NCBI GenBank assembly: GCA_041737175.1
Contig: JBGSSF010000035.1
Coordinates: 10,232-74,231, forward strand
DNA from: Bacteroidales bacterium
Lineage (GTDB): Bacteria > Bacteroidota > Bacteroidia > Bacteroidales > UBA10428
Direction of reading: 5' to 3'
Length of the DNA stretch: 64,000 nucleotides
Made by a program: the position numbers and the translations under genes. Position 1 is the first letter of the stretch, and each line of letters starts with the position of its first letter. The notes under the pieces were generated by a model. It saw nothing but the letters and a program-made list of their open reading frames with translations, was not told the DNA's origin and searched no databases. Positions 58,861 to 64,000 of the stretch are shown in pieces.

Positions 58861-60216
58861 TTAAGAAAACACAAGCTTTGTATTTCCCTTTTCAAGATTG
58901 AGTGACACCAATGTTCCGACCGGATCCCAGCAAAAGGCTCCCGGCTTTAGATATAATGGATCGATTATTTTTTCGATAATAATTTCCTTGCCTTCATGAT
59001 GCACTGATATCTTCCGGATCTTCTTGCTGACATGGACCGTGAAACGGTTTGTCCCAAAAGGTGCTTTAAAAGTAATTTCATTGTCCTGTGTAACAATATC
59101 CGTGAGCTTTTTTGCAGCCCAGTACCGGGCAATTTCGCTGTTCTTCATCCAGATCAGGTTGTTGTATTTTCGGTTCAGCCTGCTTACAACCTGCTTGAAT
59201 ATACTGAATCCTGTTCGCTCACCATTAAAATAGATACCCGGCCAATGGCAAACCAGGATAGCAGGTTCTCCTTGATCAATAACATCCACGAGCCGGCCTT
59301 TCTTTAAATCCTCTGTGATGAAAAAATCCGCATTACCAGGGGACATGCCGTCCCAACCTCCGAACCAGTCATCGGTGCATCCTATGATATGAACGGAACA
59401 CCTCGGATCTCCTGAATCCAGTCCGGATACATGGAATAATTGCGGTTCAACGCTTGTTCCAGGATCTGTGATCACATCCCTGAAAAAATGCGGCATATCC
59501 GCTTTGAAAACATCACGGACGGCCTCCAGGGTTCCTTTGGCGAGATTATCCATGTTCCTGCTGCCAAATCCTCCTGGTGTAGTAATGCCTTCACAATTCA
59601 ATCCTGCTTCTTTTAGGACGTTGAGTGCATACGCCATGTAAGATCCCAACTCATCGGCGCTTTTATCCTGGCTCCATTCCCAGTTTTCCATGAATTCCGG
59701 CAGAGCATCTGGGTAGGGCTGTCCTGTTTTTATATTGATCACACGGGTATGGCTGATCATTTCGGGATGGATATCCCAGTTGGGCATCATGAATTCCCTC
59801 ACCAGTTTCAGACTGTCCTCCAGCTCCTTTTTCGTCCATCCCGGGATGAACCGGTGAAGCCATCCGGTGCAGGCCGGGTAGGGGACCATGCTGTACTTCC
59901 CTTTGATACCCTGATCGAGGCACCATGCTCCGAATTCCCTGACAAAAGCATCCGGTATTTCACGGGGCAGCCTTCGCCAGTCCTGCGGATATTGTTCCGG
60001 AAATACTTCATGAAACTGCGGTATCCCAAAATGAGCCATGTTCACCAGCGCCGTGGAATCATCAATAATGAAGCTAACCGGTACGCGGTTGAGCGGATTG
60101 ACAATGGTTACCCTGGGTTTCAATGGATCAGCGGAAGCCTGGTTGTGCAAACCTGTAAATAGCGCTGCAGAGGCGACAGCGCTTTTTTTCAGGAATTCTC
60201 TCCGTGGCAAAGGCAT
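58861..60216 (-). CDS. Tat-exported hypothetical protein
   Basis: 451 aa. Twin-arginine signal PRREFLKKSAVASAALF. The body is not recognisable from sequence alone; a deacetylase-like fold is only a guess. Confidence 0.55.
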   Translation of the reverse strand: MPLPRREFLKKSAVASAALFTGLHNQASADPLKPRVTIVNPLNRVPVSFIIDDSTALVNMAHFGIPQFHEVFPEQYPQDWRRLPREIPDAFVREFGAWCLDQGIKGKYSMVPYPACTGWLHRFIPGWTKKELEDSLKLVREFMMPNWDIHPEMISHTRVINIKTGQPYPDALPEFMENWEWSQDKSADELGSYMAYALNVLKEAGLNCEGITTPGGFGSRNMDNLAKGTLEAVRDVFKADMPHFFRDVITDPGTSVEPQLFHVSGLDSGDPRCSVHIIGCTDDWFGGWDGMSPGNADFFITEDLKKGRLVDVIDQGEPAILVCHWPGIYFNGERTGFSIFKQVVSRLNRKYNNLIWMKNSEIARYWAAKKLTDIVTQDNEITFKAPFGTNRFTVHVSKKIRKISVHHEGKEIIIEKIIDPLYLKPGAFCWDPVGTLVSLNLEKGNTKLVFS

Positions 60217-60240
60217 GTTCTAATAGTCTTTTAAAAAAGC

Positions 60241-61185
60241 TTACAGGTATTTTTGCAGCAGCGCCTGGGTATTCCTAATCCCTTCCTCCTCAGGCTGATA
60301 AATACCTTCGTACTCGATGCCGATATACCCTTTAAAGCCGGATGCCTTGACAATACCCAACAATCTTTTGTAATCGAGCAGTGGTTGCAGTCCGTTGCCG
60401 TCAAAGTCATAAGTTTTGGCACTGACTCCCTTGGCAAACGGAAGCATCTGTTCGATGCCCTTATACACATCATACTTTTCATCACAGCCTTCTTGTATGG
60501 TGCCCCAGGGATGCGACATGCAGAAATTCCCGAAATCGGGTAGCGTGCCTACGTTGTCGCGATTTACCTGTTTCATGACAGCGGTTAACCAGTCCGCATT
60601 GGAGGTCACACTGCCATGATTTTCAACTACTACATTGATCTTCATGGGCTTTGCGAATTCGCCGAGCCTACTGAGGGCATCCACCGACGCTTTCTTCCGG
60701 TCTTCCGGATCTCCTTCTCCATGCAGGTTTACGCGGACGGTCTGGCAACCCAGTATCTTCGCGGCCTCGATCCATTTTTTATGGTTATCGACGGATTCAA
60801 GCCTTTCTTTTTGGTCTACCGAAGAAAGTGGTCCCTCATCGTCACACATCAGAAGATGGTTGAAGACGCCGGCATCCTGGCTTCGTTTCAGTAATTCATT
60901 CAGATAGGGCTTGTTTTTGGCAGCCGTTTTAAAATCCATTTTTGTACCACCGAAGAAACCGTTGACATATTCCACGGCCGATATGCCGAACTCTTTTTTA
61001 GCCCTGGCGGGGAAGTCCATATGATCCATCTTGCCCGACTGCAGCGCCCGGTGAAACGACCATTCTGCCAGTGAAATCTTAATATCAGGATCAGCGGTAC
61101 CGAATGACCTGAATGAGGAGGCCACCATCAAGGTCCCGGCTCCCATCAATGATTGTCTGATAAATTGCCTGCGTGTTGAATTCAT
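60241..61185 (-). CDS. Tat-exported sugar phosphate isomerase/epimerase (xylose isomerase-like TIM barrel)
   Basis: 314 aa. Twin-arginine signal TRRQFIRQSLMGAGTL, with TIM-barrel segments VRVNLHGEG and VVENHG. Confidence 0.8.
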   Translation of the reverse strand: MNSTRRQFIRQSLMGAGTLMVASSFRSFGTADPDIKISLAEWSFHRALQSGKMDHMDFPARAKKEFGISAVEYVNGFFGGTKMDFKTAAKNKPYLNELLKRSQDAGVFNHLLMCDDEGPLSSVDQKERLESVDNHKKWIEAAKILGCQTVRVNLHGEGDPEDRKKASVDALSRLGEFAKPMKINVVVENHGSVTSNADWLTAVMKQVNRDNVGTLPDFGNFCMSHPWGTIQEGCDEKYDVYKGIEQMLPFAKGVSAKTYDFDGNGLQPLLDYKRLLGIVKASGFKGYIGIEYEGIYQPEEEGIRNTQALLQKYL

Positions 61186-61301
61186 GATTTTCAGGTTAGT
61201 GTTTTTTACGTGATTAGAATCTCTACCTGAAAGATATTAAATATTCTTTTTGAATGCGTTGAATTTCATAAATTAGTAAAGAAATTGACACTTATGAATT
61301 A

Positions 61302-62387
61302 ATGTCATTAAAGATTAACAGCAGAGTATTTGTTTCCTTGCTGGCGTTGTTTTTATGCAATCACTGCAGGAAGGATATTGATACTGATCCCATCATTACT
61401 ATCCGTGATGCTAACTTTCTGAATGTTTTGATAAGTACTGGCGCTGATAAAAACGGTGATGGTAAAATCAGCGTCTCGGAGGCAGAGATGGTAACGGATT
61501 TGTGCCTGAATGCGGCATCCGTTTCTGATATGAGAGGGATACAGGCATTTGCCAATTTGGAAATATTACGTTGTGGCTGGAATAATATTTCCAGTCTGGA
61601 TGTTTCACAAAATGCTGCACTGACTATTCTTGAGTGCCCGATAAACGAATTGACCAGCCTGGATGTTTCACATAATCCTGATTTGGAATATTTGAATTGC
61701 GCTGGTAATAAACTAACAACCCTGGATGTTTCAGGAAATTCAGCTTTACAAATGTTTAATTGCAGCAGTAATAAATTACCCGAATTGGATATTTCCAATA
61801 ATCCGTTATTAACTGCCTTATCATGTGGTGAAAACCAGTTAACATCGCTCGATGTTTCTGGTTTGGATTCATTATCCCATCTAGAATGCTATATAAACCA
61901 GTTAACCAACCTGGATATTTCCAATAATACTGCCCTCGAGATTCTATGGTGCTCTACCAACCAGTTGGCCAGCCTGGATGTTTCAAAAAATAACGCCTTG
62001 ATAAGATTGTGGTGCTATGAAAACCAGTTGACCAGCCTGGATGTTTCATATTGTCCGGATTTGGAATGGTTGAGTTGTGGTATTAACCAATTAACCAGTT
62101 TGGATATTACCAGAAATAGCGCATTAAGTTGGCTGAACTGTTGCTGCAATCAGTTGATGAGCCTGGATCTTTCAAAAAGTGTATTTCTAAGTTCCTTAGA
62201 TTGTAGTTGTAATCAATTAATCGATCTGGATATTTCTGTTAATACCGAGCTGACCAGATTAAGCTCAACTTTTATGCCGTCGTTGAATCACGTTTGTGTT
62301 TGGACAGTGCCTTTCCCACCGGCGGGGTTAACCATCGATACAACGGCCAGCCCGAATGTATTGTTTACCATGGAGTGCAGTAAATAA
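61302..62387 (+). CDS. leucine-rich-repeat lipoprotein
   Basis: 361 aa with lipobox ALFLCNHC. About 11 tandem 22-23-aa LRR units of the form L..L.C..NQLTSLDVS.N. The gene is AT-rich. Confidence 0.75.
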   Translation: MSLKINSRVFVSLLALFLCNHCRKDIDTDPIITIRDANFLNVLISTGADKNGDGKISVSEAEMVTDLCLNAASVSDMRGIQAFANLEILRCGWNNISSLDVSQNAALTILECPINELTSLDVSHNPDLEYLNCAGNKLTTLDVSGNSALQMFNCSSNKLPELDISNNPLLTALSCGENQLTSLDVSGLDSLSHLECYINQLTNLDISNNTALEILWCSTNQLASLDVSKNNALIRLWCYENQLTSLDVSYCPDLEWLSCGINQLTSLDITRNSALSWLNCCCNQLMSLDLSKSVFLSSLDCSCNQLIDLDISVNTELTRLSSTFMPSLNHVCVWTVPFPPAGLTIDTTASPNVLFTMECSK

Positions 62388-62424
62388 TTTGTTTCACTCT
62401 CACTCCGACACCTTAACACCTTAT

Positions 62425-62502
62425 TACTTCATCACTTCATCACTTCATCACTTCATCACCCCTTCACCCAATCACCCCATCACTTCATCACTTCATTACT
62501 TA
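62425..62502. repeat. octamer tandem repeat (CACTTCAT)n, degenerate
   Basis: TACTTCAT (CACTTCAT)x3 CACCCCTT CACCCAAT CACCCCAT (CACTTCAT)x2 TACTTA. It overlaps the last codons and the stop codon of the methyltransferase gene. Confidence 0.85.
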
Positions 62503-63094
62503 CCGCCACCACAAACACCCCTCCTCCTCTGATCTTCTGTGATTGGAGATTTATTCCGGCCTGCCTGGCAAAATGCAAAATGCCACCCTTTTTCATATAT
62601 ATCCTGAAGTTCCGGTAATGGTCACCTCCTGCCATACGTTCAATGGTCCATGCCAGTGACTTTCCCCAACTGCGTGGCATGTGGTGGTTGTAATCAACGA
62701 AGATCAGACTGCGGGCGACCCGCTTCATTTCAGTAAGTATTTTCACCGCAAGGTCAGCATCGAACTGGTGGATGGCCATGGAGGTAACGGCGATATCAAA
62801 TTCATTTTCGGTGTAAAGCGACAGGTCACCGGCATCGTGAATTTCAAAGGAGACGTTGTTTATTGCCTTTCGCCGGGCCACTCGCTTTGCCGCAGCAATG
62901 GCCTCTTCCGAAAGATCTATACCCGTGACATGTTCGGCCTTTTGGGCTATTGCCATGGCCAGCGCGCCGGTGCCGCAGGCTATATCCAGAACGCGGAGTG
63001 ACGGCTCCACTTGTTCCAACACACTCTTATGCAATGGTGCAAGTATGGGATCAATGCAGGCCTGGTAAATGAGAGTTTGAAGGGAGAAGGGCAT
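62480..63094 (-). CDS. class I SAM-dependent methyltransferase
   Basis: The ATG at 63094 gives MPFSLQTL. The track ORF opens at a TTG at 63118. The SAM motif is VLDIACGTGALAMAIA. Confidence 0.75.
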   Translation of the reverse strand: MPFSLQTLIYQACIDPILAPLHKSVLEQVEPSLRVLDIACGTGALAMAIAQKAEHVTGIDLSEEAIAAAKRVARRKAINNVSFEIHDAGDLSLYTENEFDIAVTSMAIHQFDADLAVKILTEMKRVARSLIFVDYNHHMPRSWGKSLAWTIERMAGGDHYRNFRIYMKKGGILHFARQAGINLQSQKIRGGGVFVVAVSNEVMK

Positions 63095-63258
63095 CAGGTG
63101 TAAGGATTTAGTATGCAATATTATAAAATATTAGACTGACTTGTTGTTGATAAACGGGATTCACTGCCAACCATTTTGTGGTGACTTGAAGTATTCCTAC
63201 CACAATTCAATTGCATTTAAATTTTTACTAAATTCAGATGTTTTATAAAATTAAGATC

Positions 63259-63990
63259 ATGAAAAAATTCAGGGTGATTGCTTCCTGTGCCCTCTTTTTT
63301 TTGATAATGGCTTTCTTGGCGATCCAACCGGTCATGGGTCAGCAAAGCGGTAAAAAGGTTACCGTAACAGGCGTGGTGGTTGATTTAGACGGGTATCCGG
63401 TTCCGGATGCCATCCTCATGGTGGATGGCACAAAGAGCATGTTGGTAACCAATCACAGGGGGATGTACAAAATCAGGGTCAAAACATCTGCAACAAAGAT
63501 CGGAATATTTACTTCGCCGCCTGCAAATATCGAAGAGCCGATTGACGGAAGGACCACCATCAACTTCACACTGCCTGATTCCATCGTTGTTCAGATCAAA
63601 AGTCAACGATACGAATACTTCGAGGAAGAGGTGAATATAGGGTACGGGACCGAAAAAAGGAAAAACGTTACTGTTCCTGTCGGTAAGATTGATGGAAAAA
63701 AGGAACGATATGCCTTTTACAATACCATTTATGATATGATCCGGGGCGAAGTTCCGGGTGTTCAGGTAACCGGCACAAGCATCAGGATCCGCGATAGCTG
63801 GTCCGTCAATGGAGAGACCGAACCACTCTTTGTTGTAAACGGAACGCCTGTAATTTCCATAGAAGGCATTCACCCCCAGATGGTAAAATCAATTTCCATT
63901 CTTAAAGGTTCCGCTGCGTCGATCTATGGCACACGGGGTATGAACGGTGTGATCCTGATCACGTTAAAGAATGCTGAAGACAACAAATAG
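63259..63990 (+). CDS. stand-alone CarboxypepD_reg + TonB-plug protein (SusC N-terminus without a barrel)
   Basis: The ATG at 63259 gives MKKFRVIASCALFFLIMAFLA. VTVTGVVVDLDGYPVPDAILMVDGT is the CarboxypepD_reg motif, and VKSISILKGSAASIYGTRGMNGVILITLK is the plug motif. The stop is at 63988..63990. Confidence 0.6.
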   Translation: MKKFRVIASCALFFLIMAFLAIQPVMGQQSGKKVTVTGVVVDLDGYPVPDAILMVDGTKSMLVTNHRGMYKIRVKTSATKIGIFTSPPANIEEPIDGRTTINFTLPDSIVVQIKSQRYEYFEEEVNIGYGTEKRKNVTVPVGKIDGKKERYAFYNTIYDMIRGEVPGVQVTGTSIRIRDSWSVNGETEPLFVVNGTPVISIEGIHPQMVKSISILKGSAASIYGTRGMNGVILITLKNAEDNK

Positions 63991-64000
63991 CATTCCAAAG

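Overview
This 64-kb segment reads as a Bacteroidota chromosome. Support: three type-A T9SS C-terminal sorting domains, TAnnTTTG -7 promoter boxes, SusC-like and TonB-dependent pieces, and many CAZymes. I support about 48 protein genes. At 1-13.8 kb is a SusC/D-less glycan cluster (GH92, AraC, DUF5107-TPR, GH2, MFS porter, alpha/beta hydrolase, DUF1680/GH127-like). Housekeeping genes are leuS, aspS, lepA, dprA, tadA, tatD, ansA and an ABC-F ATPase. Secreted T9SS cargo includes a triple-FAS1 protein, a CotH protein and a LamG-metallophosphoesterase. At 54-61 kb is a Tat-exported oxidoreductase / TIM-barrel cluster with a poly-Cys 4Fe-4S protein. RNA genes are tRNA-Arg(CCG), tRNA-Ser(GGA) and a decayed full-length copy of the tRNA-Arg. 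The most unusual content is non-coding: intergenic space carries at least six unrelated structured repeat families. The clearest case is a REP-RAYT module at 22.84-23.66 kb. A 28-bp perfect palindrome occurs 5.5 times around an IS200-like Y1/HUH transposase gene, and two copies lie in-frame inside that gene. Other items: a 253-bp palindromic MITE with an 8-bp target duplication inserted into the loop of another hairpin repeat; two perfect 73-bp tandem repeats beside tRNA-Ser; a 129-bp nested palindrome beside tRNA-Arg; and dprA bracketed by complementary GT-rich/CA-rich microsatellite arrays. All calls come from reading the sequence and the supplied translations. No searches or computations were run, so family assignments are motif-based and all repeat copy numbers refer to this window only.
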